NCBI GenBank assembly: GCA_964016885.1
Contig: OZ024747.1
Coordinates: 92,256,001 to 92,320,000, forward strand
Length of the DNA stretch: 64,000 nt
Origin: Eledone cirrhosa
Lineage: Eukaryota
Direction of reading: 5' to 3'
Positions 27,940-41,065 of this stretch are shown piece after piece (the first letter of the stretch is position 1; the number at the start of each line of letters is the position of its first letter). A program made the translations under genes and the position numbers. The notes under the pieces were generated by a model, which worked only from the letters and a program-made list of their open reading frames with translations, made no database searches and was not told the DNA's origin.

Positions 27940-28644
27940 TATATCGGTTATTGTGAATGAATAGATTAAGATTGTTGAACGCTCGTCAAGAATACTTTTT
28001 ACTAGCTATTACTGACTATTTATTGGACAGTTTGAAAGCATGTACAATATTGATAAATTTTCATCAATATTTACACTTTTCATTGTAAAGTGTATTTTTA
28101 ATGCAAAAAGATAATTTGTCATGTCTAGATGGATACAGAAGACTTCTGCGTGATTGGCAGTTTGGCCAGATACTGCAAATAAAAACAGGCTTTGTTTCCA
28201 ACAAGTATTGTAGAGTGATTTTTTTTTATTATATATCATTCCGTATTATGCGTCTAATAAATATACCTCAAGGTAAAATGCCAAACTATTATAAGTGTTG
28301 ATTAAAATGAGGTATGTTGGATTTATGCTTCTTTGAATCAATAAACAGTTTTTTTTTTAAGTCAATGAGGTGATAACACTTTATAAAATCATTCCCCAGT
28401 GCAGGAATGTCGAACGAAACACTTGGTGAAAATTTATTGTTTGTTGCTGTAACAGGAAAAAGACATGATAGTTCATTTTTAAAGAGAGAACTGCCAAGAT
28501 GAATGAATGCAAAGGATGGTGTCAACATTAAGCTAACATTTAATATTGAATAAACTTTAACGTCGAATATGAAGTCGAATATGAAGTGATTCCTGGCAGA
28601 ATAAAGAAATGTAATCAGCCTCACAGAACTTATTTAATATTGGT

Positions 28645-29462
28645 TTTAGATTTAGGCACATGTTCAATAATTTTGAGGAGGAGAAAGTCGATTAAATCGA
28701 CTCCAGTGCGTTACTGGTACTATATTTAATCGAGCTCGTAAGGATGAAAAGCAAAGCTAACCTCCGTGGGATTTGAACTCAGGGTCGTAGCTCGATACTG
28801 CATACTCTACGTAAAGGGCCATACTAATACTGCCAACCCACTGCCCTGTAATAATTATAATATTAGTTTCTGATTTAGGCACACGGCCAACAATTTTGGG
28901 AAGGGGAAAGACTGTTAAATCTATACAGTGAATTACTGGTACTTTATTTTATCGAGACTGTAAGGATGAAAGGCAAAGCCAATCTCGTCGGGATTTGAGC
29001 TCAGAATGTAAAGGGTCGTAGCTCGATGCCACATACTCTACGTAAAGTGCCGTAACTCTACTGATATTGCCAACCCACTGCCCTCTAATAATAATGATAA
29101 TGATAATAATTGTTTCTACTTTTGACACTGGGCCAGTAATTATTCCAGTGTATTACTGGTATTTTATTTTATCGACCCCAAAAGGATGAAAGGCAAAGTT
29201 AACCTCGGCGGGATTTGAACTCAGACCATAAAGGGCCGTAACTCTTTGCTGCAAAGCATGGCGTCCGACCCTCTACCGATACTGCCCTAATAATAATAAT
29301 AATAATAATAATAATATTGGTTTTTGATTTAGGCACAAGGCTAATAATTTTGAGGGAGGGGAAAGACGATTAAATCTATAACAGTGAATTACTGGTACTA
29401 TATTTTATCGAGCCCGTCAGGATGAAAGGCAAAGTCAACCTCAGTGGGATTTGAACTCAGAA
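28645..29462 (-). mobile_element. Cluster of four head-to-tail copies of the major SINE
   Basis: Repeated ggatgaaaggcaaagttaacctcggcgggatttgaactcag. The last copy is cut off next to the Tx1 3' end. Confidence 0.8.
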
Positions 29463-29471
29463 TATATATAT

Positions 29472-30860
29472 ATGTTTTCTTTATTGACCACAAGGTTTGA
29501 TACAAAGCATAACACTAAGGACAACACAGGATAATACAGGACAATACAGGACGGTACAGGACAATACAGGACGGTACAGGACAATACAGGACGGTACAGG
29601 ACAATACAGGGCGGTACAGGACAATACAGGACAATACAGGACAACACAGGACGGTACAGGACAATACAGGACGGCACAGGACAATACAGGACGGTACAGG
29701 ACAATACAGGATGGTACAGGACAACACAGGACGGTACAGGACAATACAGGACGGCACAGGACAATACAGGACGGTACAGGACAATACAGGATGGTACAGG
29801 ACGGTACAGGACAATACAGGACGGTACAGGACAATACAGGACAATACAGGACGGTACAGGACAGCACAGGATGGTACAGGACGGTACAGGATGGTACAGG
29901 ACGTTACAGGACAATACAGGACGGTACAGGACAATACAGGACAGCATAGGACGGTACAGGACAGCACAGGATGGTACAGGACAATACAGGGCGGTACAGG
30001 ACAATACAGGACAGCACAGGACGGTACAGGACAATACAGGACGGTACAGGATGGTACAGGACAATACAGGACGGTATAGGACAATACAGGACAATACAGG
30101 ACGGTACAGGACAATACAGGACAATACAGGACGGTACAGGACAATACAGGACGGTACAGAACAATACAGGACAGCACAGGACGGTACAGGACAATACAGG
30201 ACAACACAGGACAATACAGGACGGTACAGGACAATACAGGGCGGTACAGGGCGGTACAGGACAATACAGGACAGCACAGGACGGTACAGGACAATACAGG
30301 ACGGTACAGGACAATACAGGACGGTACAGGACAATACAGGACAACACAGGACGGTACAGGACAATACAGGACAACACAGGACAATACAGGACAATACAGG
30401 ACGGTACAGGACAATACAGGACGGTACAAATGGGCATTTCTGCGTGTAAAAAAAAAAAAAAAAACAGAGGATGTAACAAAAAAGAAACAATGAAAAATTC
30501 CCCAATAAGGGGGAGACTTCTGAGAGTTGCTCGTGGAGAAAGTCCACAAAAAAAGCCATGGTCACCCTGACCGTTAGAGCAAGTGCCCTCTTCCAGTTTT
30601 CCTCCTACGATGCCACAGGCATACGCTCAGGGTAGGCCCATTCATACGGGCCATTCTTGCCTCTCTCACCCATCTTTCAACAAACTTCCCTCTCCACCCT
30701 GCCGTTCCTTTTCAGGTAAAACCTGAAAAAGTTAATGAGGACGTCACCGAAGAGGAAAGTACCCGTCTTCAACCATTTCAGACGCGTCCACCATACGATC
30801 TCTTTTACCATGGCCACCAGGCAGATAAAAACTGCCTGCCCTTCCCAGGAACTGATAGCG
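29472..30860 (-). mobile_element. Tx1/L1 3' fragment with expanded internal minisatellite
   Basis: 30430..30860 and 29472..29520 are reverse-complement homologues of about 2975..3508. Confidence 0.85.
29521..30430. repeat. 10-bp minisatellite, ~91 units
   Basis: Alternating acaatacagg / acggtacagg and variants, in exact 10-bp register. Confidence 0.95.
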
Positions 30861-31054
30861 TGTGGAAGGTGGTGTCCTGTGTTTTTGCGGCAGTCGGTAT
30901 TGTGGGGGAAGGGGAGAATTGTATGAGTTACTCATTTCATAATTTTATCGTTATTTTATTGAATTGTTTACATATAATCCGATATTTTATGTAATTTTCT
31001 CACTCAATGTAATTCCTCGTTTGTTTTGGTTTCCTCCCTTGTCCTGTTTGACAT

Positions 31055-31135
<81 letters not shown>

Positions 31136-31238
31136 CAACAGTAGTAGTAGTAGTGGTGCTGGTGCTGGTGCTGGTGCTGGTAGTGGTAGTGGTAGTAGTG
31201 GTAATAATGGTGGCAGTGGTGGTAGTATTGGTGGTGGC

Positions 31239-31297
<59 letters not shown>

Positions 31298-31324
31298 CAG
31301 CAGTTACCAAATATAAAAATCCTC

Positions 31325-31720
31325 AATAACAACATATCAAATCTTGATCTTCACAAGGCATTTGACCCTGATGGTATTCCCACCATAAACTTGAAGAACT
31401 GTGATATGGTCTTGGTGGTATTCCACCCATAGTCTTGCAGGATTGTTCTCCTAAAGTAACTCCTGTTCTATCTAAACTTTACAACAAATGCCACGAAAAT
31501 TCTAGCTTTCCATCTTGTTTGGAAGTCCTCTTCAGTTGTTCCAGTTTTTAAGAACTCTGGGGAACTGTCTGATCCTTCTAGCTATTGTCATAATAGTCGT
31601 CTGCCTCTTTTTCACAAAATATTTGTAGCTTTAATGTATTCGGAATTAATTCATTGGGTCTTCTTTCAGATAAATAACGTTGTTTCGTTTCTCACGGTCA
31701 ACTGCTAATGTCTTACTCTA
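31325..31720 (+). mobile_element. Degraded CR1/Jockey-group RT fragment
   Basis: ISNLDLHKAFDPDGIP...LSKLYNKC...FPSC.WKSSSVVPVFKNSGELSDPSSY, with frameshifts. Confidence 0.7.
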
Positions 31721-33084
31721 TCACTCTATTACGTGTTCCAGCCGACAAGATGAAGCCAGGCTGGAACACGACCATTTTCTTAATAGTTATTTCTGAAAGA
31801 GTCTGCTGTGTTGCAAATTTCCAAAAATTCAACAGAACCATCATTCATTGAATTAAGTGTTCCTTGTCGTGTCCTTTTCCCTTCTCTATTAACTCTTGCA
31901 TATACGTGGCTTTATTGCCTTGCTTGGACGGAATAAGAAAAAAAAACATAACTTAAACCGCCATTGTCATAGCTTTCATTTTAAAAATCATTAGTTATAT
32001 ATATATCAGAACTTGACTTAGTCGCTACGATGCCTCCTTTGGTTGCATAAATATCAGTTTTACTTAACAGCTTGGATTACATATGATCGTGTGTGATGTT
32101 AGTAACAGATTTCAAGTGGCAGTAAATAGCTGAGCATACACTATCCGTTGGTCCATTATCCTAGACTTGCTCTACCTTCTCCGGGCGAGGTATTTCCCAC
32201 TATAAGTTTGTAAACAACATTAAAATAAAAACATAACGTTTAAAGTATTGTGAAAAAAAAATATTTTACGAGGTCAAAAGATCAAGTGAGTAATTGATGT
32301 TTTATGACTACAGACTGTGGGATATATTATTACCCAGGCATTACAAACTGTTTCTTTAATGAAAGAAAATATCAGCCGGTCAATAATTTCTAAGCAATAA
32401 TCCTTTGTAAAGAATAATTTCTAAGCAATAATCCTTTGTAAAGAATTCATCAAAAGTGAAAAGAGTGAAATATAATTCCAATTGGAGTAACTAAACAAAT
32501 ATATATCAAAATGGCAGCTCTTTTATATCAAAGACAACGATTCCGTAGTCAAATTCTACAAAATATTTGAGCAGACAATATATTGAGAGACTTTTCTTTT
32601 TTCAATACTACACCCATTCATTCCTGAGAAGGTCGTTGGGACAGAGCCCTCAAACACTACTTCCAGTGGGTCTTGTCAGAAGTAATCGTCTCCAACTGAT
32701 CCGGTTGGATCCCCAAGCGAGACCAGCCAACTAATGGATGTTAACCAAACCAATGTTTATGACCGCTAGAAAATTTATTTTAATTGATTTTCTCAGCCCA
32801 ATCCTTCTATACAAGAATTATAACTAGATAATTAACCCTTTAGTGTTTAAACCAGCTGTATCCTCCAGAATTCTCTCACCTCTTTCTGTTCAAACCGGAC
32901 ATAACTGGCCACTCATACTGATGTTAAGGTATTGTTCTCAAAATAAATAACATCAACATTTCATAGATTCGATATTATGTGAGATAATTATATGAAGTAA
33001 AGCCTTTACTGGGGAAATACAATAGTAAATATAGAGTAATGTAAATGCTAAAGAGTTAAACAGGTATATAATACATATTAAGCA

Positions 33085-33515
33085 TGACTTGGACGCTGCA
33101 GGCTTCCCTTCCCAGCTCGAGCCGGTGGGGCTGGATCGAGGGGACGGCAAAAGGCCAGATGGCATGACCATCTTCCCGTTCCGCGGTGGCAAACCCCTCG
33201 TCTGGGATGCCACTTGCACCGACACTTTCTGCAACCGCAACCTGGTGCAGTCTGCGACTGACCCAGGTTCTGCTGCACGTCGGGCTGAGGGGGCCAAACT
33301 CCTCAAATACCAGTCGCTCTCCGACATGTTTGCGGTCGTTCCCCTGGCAGTGGAAACTGCTGGTGTCCTCGGCCCCAAGGCTACCTCCTTACTCACCACC
33401 ATAGGCGCTGAGCTGGCCAGCCGTAGGTGTGAGCCCCGCGAGTTGGAGTGGCTTTTCCAGCGCGTCTCCCTTGCCGTCCTCCGGGGAAACTCCTTCTCCA
33501 TTCTGTCCGCCGCGT
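33085..33515 (+). mobile_element. CRE-clade non-LTR 3' fragment (restriction-like endonuclease)
   Basis: LEPVGLDRGDGKRPDGMTIFPFRGGKPLVWDATCTDT...KLLKY...VPLAVETAGVLG...LFQRVSLAVLRGN (PD..D REL motif). Confidence 0.85.
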
Positions 33516-33665
33516 ACGTACCATTACATTAGTTAAATACCATTCTTTCATCTCATAAATATAAAATATACCGTAAATGGTATAACTGAAGTCGTAGACT
33601 ATAAATACTTATTATATATAATACATAGAGCACTCTTTCCTTTACCCTTCCTACGCAAATACTTA

Positions 33666-33790
<125 letters not shown>

Positions 33791-33903
33791 CTGACTTAGT
33801 ATTTCAACGGCATTCACCGGACTAAATTAATACGCATTAATGTACATTAAGTGTCTTCTCCCTTTTCCACTTCCCATTTTCTTCCTTTCATTATCTCTTT
33901 TTC

Positions 33904-34093
33904 GGGCGGTGGATTGGCAGTATCGGTAGAGGGTCGGACGCCATGCTTTCCAGCATAGTTACGTCCCTTTACGATCTGAGTTCAAATCCCGCCGAGGTTG
34001 ACTTTGCCTTTCATCCTTACGGGGTCGATAAAATAAAGTACCAGTAATGCACTGGGTAATTGCTGGCCTTGTGCCTAAAGTAGAAACAATTAT
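33904..34093 (+). mobile_element. Full-length young tRNA-derived SINE (major family)
   Basis: A box tggcagtatcgg, B box gagttcaaatcc, central gcctttcatccttacggggtcgataaaataaagtaccag (Meta-domain-like). Confidence 0.85.
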
Positions 34094-34237
34094 CTCTTTT
34101 TCTGTTATTCCATCTAACATGTTTATCAATGTTTCGAAATAAGTAGAGTGAATAGAAAATAGAGTTTGTCTTTTTAGTGCATCGGTTTGGTACGTTGTGA
34201 ATTCCAAGGCAGACGGTTCATGTTGTTTATATAGATA

Positions 34238-34580
34238 TTCATGGTGGCTGCCAACTCGTTTTCGAGTACGGCCACTACTTTATATCCATGTAGGAGAACT
34301 CCTACCGATGCGCTGAACGAGTGTGACTTTTTTAGTCCAGCCAGCGACTTGAAAACTCTGCTACAAACACTACACTTGTGACAATTATTGACACATAGTG
34401 CTGGGCCCATGGTACCATGTGACGACAAGTGCAGAGAGATCTCCAGATATAAAGCAATGCCTGTGCCGTGAAGCTTTTATAGTGAGCAAAGGCACTGCAC
34501 AAAGCCAGTCCCACTCTCTTAACCAAGATGATATTTAATAAAAAGAAGAACATGATTGGATACCATCAGAGTTGCAGGTA
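34238..34580 (-). mobile_element. Truncated copy of the RTE-derived short element
   Basis: Near-identical to 59757..60101. Encodes the HKCSVCSRVFKSLAGLK.SH zinc-finger remnant. Confidence 0.75.
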
Positions 34581-34633
34581 TTCATACATACATACATACA
34601 TACATACATACATACATACATACATACATACAT

Positions 34634-34690
<57 letters not shown>

Positions 34691-35021
34691 TGTGGGTGTA
34701 TGTATATATATATATTTACAGAGGAGAAACACTTTTCCGCTTATCAGTTACTTAAACCGGGTGATCTTATTTTTAGGTGTTAAAATTATTGTTCTAAAAT
34801 AGACCGGTTGCTGTCGGTTGCGGTATGGAAATAGTGAAACCTAACGAGAAACAGGCAAACAAACAAACAGACACGACAAAAACAACAGATACAACAGAAA
34901 ACGATAAACAATTATTGTTTAAATACCTAAGTTTACATCACAAAAAGCACAGACAAAATAATAATAAAAAATTGATGTTCAATAGATGATATATTCACAC
35001 ATACATACATATAAACGTGTA

Positions 35022-35106
<85 letters not shown>

Positions 35107-35164
35107 ATAATAATATATGTGAAGCCTAAAATCCAAAGAGGGCTCGATAAGGATGAATATATAT

Positions 35165-36488
35165 ACTTACTTGTACTTGTACTTGTGTCGACATTCACTC
35201 TGGACGGGATTCAGGCGAAGGCGAAGACAGGTGGTAGGTACCCGATCAACGTGTCGGCAGCGAAGAATGCGGCGGAGACGGTCATTGTCGAAGACCTCCA
35301 GCCCTCGTTGATCGACTACCCTCATAGGCCATGTTTCACAGCCATAGTGGAGGATAGTGCGAACGACGGCCTGGTAGATTCGCCCCTTGGTCGCCGAGGT
35401 GATCTCTCTTCTGTCCTACAGACACCGCTGGAGGCGCCCAAAAGCGGATCTGGCAGCACCTATGCGACGTTTGACCTCGGCTGCGCCCTGTCCCGCTGGA
35501 ACCACTGTTGAGCCCAGGTCCACGCCCTCAAGGCGAGACCAGTGACGTCATGATTTTCGACTTGGCGGCATTGATTCGTAGACCAACAGCGGCGGCTGCA
35601 GTGTGCACCCTTTCGAGAGCACCCTGTACATCTGTCCCGTTAGCGCCCATCATCACGATGTCATCCGCGTAGGCCACTCCGTCACCCCGACTCCTCTCCC
35701 GACCTCTACGCCCGAGTAATCCCGGAGCGCTATGTTGATAGTGTAGTCAATGACGTAGTTAAAGAGAGTTGGCGATAGCGCACACCCCTGCCGAACACCT
35801 GTCCCAACATCGAACGACTCCGTTTCCCCACTATAGACCCTCACTCGAGCCCGAGTCGACCGGTTGTAGCCTTGTATGAGACGAAGCAGCTTCACTGGGA
35901 TGCCGTCCGCCTGCATTATACGCCATAGGGCTTCCCGATCTACCGAATCGAAGGCAGCTGCAAAGTCGATAAAGCAGAGGACAGTAGGTTGCTGATGTGC
36001 CCATCGTTGTCCCAGGACACGCCGGAGAATGAAGATTTGATCAACGCACCCCCTCACCGGACGGAAGCCGCCCTGAGAAGGACGGGTACGGACAACATGG
36101 ATGGCCTGGAACCTCTTCAGCAGAAGAATTGCGAAGGTTTTGGCAGCAACGTCAATTAAACTGATACCCCTGTAGTTGGAACACAGTTTCCTGTCGCCTT
36201 TTTTGAAGAAGGGTAGGAGAGTTGCCTCGCTCCAGTCACCAGGGAACTACTCCGTCGCCCACGCCGAGGAGAAGACTCGATGGAGCCAAGCTGCGAAGAC
36301 ATCAGGCTCGGCCTTGTAGACCTCAGCTGGAACGCCATCTTCGCCTGGCGCCTTGTTGTTCCGGAGATGTGCCAGGACACTACGTACCTCCTCAACCGTT
36401 GGAGGGACAGTGCTGCACCCGTATTCTTCTCCAGAAGGCTGCAGGTAGGTTGGCGTGGGTGGTGGCGGGTGGTTGAGCAGCTCGGACA
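35165..36488 (-). mobile_element. RTE-type LINE RT fragment inserted into a family H flank
   Basis: NNKAPGEDG, RGCVDQIF.LR, FIDFAAAFDSVDR, GVRQGCALSP.LF. (CAAGTA)n tail. Apparent TSD aatatatat. The flanks join to the reverse complement of 26290..26375. Confidence 0.85.
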
Positions 36489-36524
36489 AATATATATCAA
36501 ATATATAAGAACCCTAGATCAAAT

Positions 36525-36657
36525 ATTTATTAAAATAACAGATTAAAGTTTAAGCAAAGAATCGTTGCTTTCGCCCTTAACGGTTTCAGAAGATCCCTTT
36601 AAGGGTGGAAGCCACGATTCTTTGCTTAAACTTTAATCTGTTATTTTAATAAATATA
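36525..36657. mobile_element. PLE-like family H fold-back element
   Basis: Inverted arms turning within the CCC-TTAAC-GG stem II sequence. Further family H pieces at 36850..37017, 43319..43373 and 47447..47505. Confidence 0.65.
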
Positions 36658-36671
36658 TATGTATATATATA

Positions 36672-36839
36672 CCATATTTCCCGCCGCAGAAGACGCTTCG
36701 TCCTCGAGGACGTAGCCTAATTTTGACAACCAAAAATTTGAAAAAAGTAACTAACAACCTTCGGCCTCCGGGACGCATGGTAGATTTTTGAAACTCATTT
36801 TAGGAAAAAAAGTAGCGTCTTCGACGCCGGGAAATACGG
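36672..36839. mobile_element. pogo/Tigger-type MITE
   Basis: 26-bp imperfect TIRs ccatatttcccgccgcagaagacgct / agcgtcttcgacgccgggaaatacgg, TA TSD. Confidence 0.8.
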
Positions 36840-36885
36840 TATATATATATAGATTAAAGTTTAAGCAAAGAATCGCTGCTTTCAC

Positions 36886-36933
<48 letters not shown>

Positions 36934-37820
36934 GTGAAAGCAGCGATTCTTTGCTTAAAATTTAATCTATATATATAGAGAGAGATTAAAGTTTAAGCAA
37001 AGAATCGCTGCTTTCTCCTATATATATATATATATATATATTGATGCCAACATTGCCTTTCGTCCTTTCGAGGTCGTTAAAAAAGTTCCAGTCTAGTACT
37101 GGGGTCGATTCGTCCTCTATATCTCTCTCTCATTTCCTCTCTCTCACTTTCTATCTTTCTCTGGGAGAAATCTGCTGTAATCAGGCCTGGAGAGGGATGA
37201 GCTCCGCCATGCTTAAAATGCTCAAGAAACGTCGTATACGTCGTATACGGTGCCCCTACGGCTCTATTGGGAGTTGCCGGACCATACCATATATATATTT
37301 ATATATATTTTGATAGAAGTAAAAGCTTCTCCAACCATTACTCTGAATTTCGCGTTGCCGATTATTCAATGGTTGATAAATGGTGATAATTTATAAGAGA
37401 ACATATTCTTAGGTACGTGAAAATATGGTTCATCAACGAGATTCGATTAGTTACACAAAAATCTTTAGACCATTCGTCACATATTCATCTATTTAATCTT
37501 CAATCGCAGGACGTATTACATCTAACTATTCACGTAATAAAAACATGGTATTTTTATAACATAAGTATGAAGTGTGCACAACATACAAAAGGAAAGAAAA
37601 TGGTTGATGTTAAAGTTTTAGTGTTAAGAAATAAGTGGATTTTGTTTTTAATGTGAGAAATATATCGTTTCAGTCAGTCGGTATTGAAAGGTTCAAGAAA
37701 ATATTGATTGGCGAGTCTGCAAGGATTCACCAATTCCGAGCTCGATACTGTTAACGACTGCAGGCAAGACTGAAAGATAATCCTGATGGCCAAAAGTGTA
37801 GTGAGAACGGTCTGGGCGTG

Positions 37821-38312
37821 ATAGTTTGTAGGATGTATGTAGGGTTTGGCATATCATAGAATATGAGAGGAAGACAGATCATTGAGTCAGTATTGTATGA
37901 GTAAAGATCACGCGACAGCAGTCATTGAAGTATCAGTAAAGAATGCAGAAGAGCCGGAAAAGTTAGTATTAATCTATATTTGGGCTTGATAAGAAAATCA
38001 TCTTTATGATCATTAAAGGTAACATGCTGTCTACGTAACGCTAAAGTTTCTACTATATCGTCTGAGTGGTAGTTTGTGTGCTACATGTAGGGTTTGGTAT
38101 ATTATGGAATATGAGAGGAAGACAGACCTTTGTGTCAGTTTTGTATGAGTAAAGATGGCGCGACACCAGTCATTGGAGTATCAGTAAAGAATGCAGAAGA
38201 GCCGGAAAAGTTTGTATTAATCTATATTTTGGGGTTGATAAGAAAATCATCTTTATGGTCATTAAAAGTAACATCCCGTTTACGTAACACTAAAGTTTCT
38301 ACTTTGTCGTCT
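37821..38312. repeat. Diverged ~245-bp tandem duplication
   Basis: 37821..38063 and 38069..38312 align along their length (e.g. gtatcagtaaagaatgcagaagagccggaaaagtt). Confidence 0.85.
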
Positions 38313-38749
38313 ACTTTTAAGTTGTTAGCTATTTTCTTTGCTGAATGAATATCATGATTACACTAAAGTTAATTTTTTTTATAGGGACTGTTACTGTGGT
38401 GTGTATGTTATGTGCAAATATCAGTTTAATTTTGACCTCCAAAATATATATTTCTAGTTTTACTTTACTAAATTATGTATATCCACCGAGTAGTGACGAA
38501 TCAGTACTGAAAACCAATTGGCTCATATATCACCAAAATGTATACAAGTAAATGTTATCTGACAAAATCGTATCTGCATGGATTACATCTAGTTTTTTTT
38601 ATTTAAATTGCTCACGATTCTTTCAGAAGGATATATTCCTTTAATGTTGCAATATTAAAGAAAATATAAAGGAAGGGATGGACAACCGAGCCACCACCAG
38701 AGCAAAAGACAGCAGCGTCGCAAGGAGTAGTGGGAAACCTCTATAATGA

Positions 38750-38897
38750 TTTTTTAGGCAAGCCAGCACGCTCGTAACGTTGCCTCGGGTGATGGCAGGC
38801 TGATGCGCTGAAACAACCCAGCGCCCTCCGAGATTCGCCAGCAGCCCAACTCTCCCAAACGTCTCGAAAGCCAAAGGGTGGAAAATGTAGTTGGCCT
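38750..38897 (-). mobile_element. Third CRE-like 3' fragment, internally deleted
   Basis: NYIFHPLAFETFG...AITRGNVTSVLACL. Confidence 0.55.
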
Positions 38898-39142
38898 ACA
38901 GTGTATCAACACACAACTGTCATTGAAATACGTCTAACAGCTATTGCATGATAAATATATGTGAAAACTTTAATCCTTATCATACGATTGCCCCGGCATG
39001 CGATGACCTGCATGATCCTATATCCTACTAGGAAAGTCACACTGACATGAAGTGTTTAATTCAACTTACACCAGACTTTATTACTTAGAGGTTGTGACAG
39101 CGAAACTAATCACCGATTAATTAACACGAAATAACATAACAA

Positions 39143-39173
<31 letters not shown>

Positions 39174-39174
<1 letters not shown>

Positions 39175-39368
39175 ACGAAGGGAGTGTGGTAAGGAACCAG
39201 ATGGACCATAACGCACCAGAGTACTCAATACTTAGGGTAGTAGAGTGGGTAATAGGAAAATGTTCAAGACCCCGACGGCAGAGCTCAAGCCGTTTCGACG
39301 GCTATTTCTGGAGCCAGAGATAGCCGTCGAAACGGCTTGAGCTCTGCCGTCGGGGTCTTGAACATGTT

Positions 39369-39372
<4 letters not shown>
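39174..39372 (-). mobile_element. PLE-like family A fold-back element
   Basis: Palindrome centred on tctgg-ag-ccaga, (TA)n on both sides. Confidence 0.75.
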
Positions 39373-39407
<35 letters not shown>

Positions 39408-39518
39408 GAAAAAACGAGGAAGTTTCGTTTACATATGAAAAATATTATATACACTCTGTCTGTGCATAGAGTGCTTGATTTGGTACCAACACCAGTACTT
39501 CACTGTACTACCCACACT

Positions 39519-39561
<43 letters not shown>

Positions 39562-39788
39562 GTAAGAATATTTTCGAAACAGCGATTGGGTTTGAAATTA
39601 TTATAAATATAAGCTATCGCCGTATTTTGACTAAAGAAATTAAAGAAATTATTTAGCCTGATAGTGGGGTTAAGAACCCTCGTAGAAATGGAAAAAGATG
39701 AGTATTGACGTACATTGGAGTCGAACCCACATCTTTGGTTATCTAGACCACTGTGCTACCATTTACACCAACACATCACCCAACACCA

Positions 39789-39981
<193 letters not shown>

Positions 39982-40548
39982 CTTGGCCATTATCTTTTGT
40001 TTGTCATAAAATTCTCTAAAAGGCTACAAAATAAATTCCCAAATACGGGCGCGAAATTTAATGAACTTGTTCACGTGACAACCATAATTTCATTTATAAC
40101 CAATCAAATTACATTTATAAAAAAAAGCCTTCTTGAGCCCTTTTTTTTAAGTAAAAAGATATTCAAACAATCATATATGAAAAAACAACCTGAGCCCCCC
40201 CCCACCCTGTTTGAAGAACTTTTTAACGCAAACTGGCGCGAAATTTATTATACTTATTGACCAACCAATCAAATTACTTCTCTAAAAACCTGGCGTTTCG
40301 AGCCACTTTTTTCCATATAAAACAAGTAACATTCAAAGACCAACCAGATGTGACAAAAACCACAGACCCTCCATCTCAACTCTATTTTTGAAAAGCAGAA
40401 GAACTGCGACACCGGTAAAGGAACCAAATAAATATATATATATTGTTTTTAATAAGACTCCAGTTGCATTTTCGATTTCATCTTTTTTTCTTTATACTTT
40501 CACTCGTTTAGGACACCTCGGTTATTTTTCATTTTGTAAAAAAACCTC

Positions 40549-40593
<45 letters not shown>

Positions 40594-40806
40594 ATGTTGA
40601 AAAGGTAACACACTAGAGAGAGATATACAGTGCGCTATCAATAAAACAGGGGAAAAAACCACCAGTGTATGGAATCTATAACCTATGAAAGGCAGACTAT
40701 AGACACGATAATTAAAAATATAAATTAAAGTGTAAATAAATATCTTATTTATATAAGCACATTATTTACAGGGAATGGCGAGGGTCTATGGCTCCGTTAA
40801 TTTATC

Positions 40807-40877
<71 letters not shown>

Positions 40878-40939
40878 TATAAATATATATATATAACTAT
40901 ATTTATATATATATTTATATATATATTTATATATATATT

Positions 40940-41065
<126 letters not shown>

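Noticed and set aside
29441-30570. Cys-rich and QDGTGQYRT repeat ORFs in all frames
   Set aside because: Artefact of the 10-bp array inside a Tx1 3' UTR.
39705-39772. tRNA-like sequence on the minus strand (also about 5200..5270)
   Set aside because: A and B boxes are present, but there is no convincing acceptor stem or cloverleaf. Likely SINE heads or pseudo-tRNAs.
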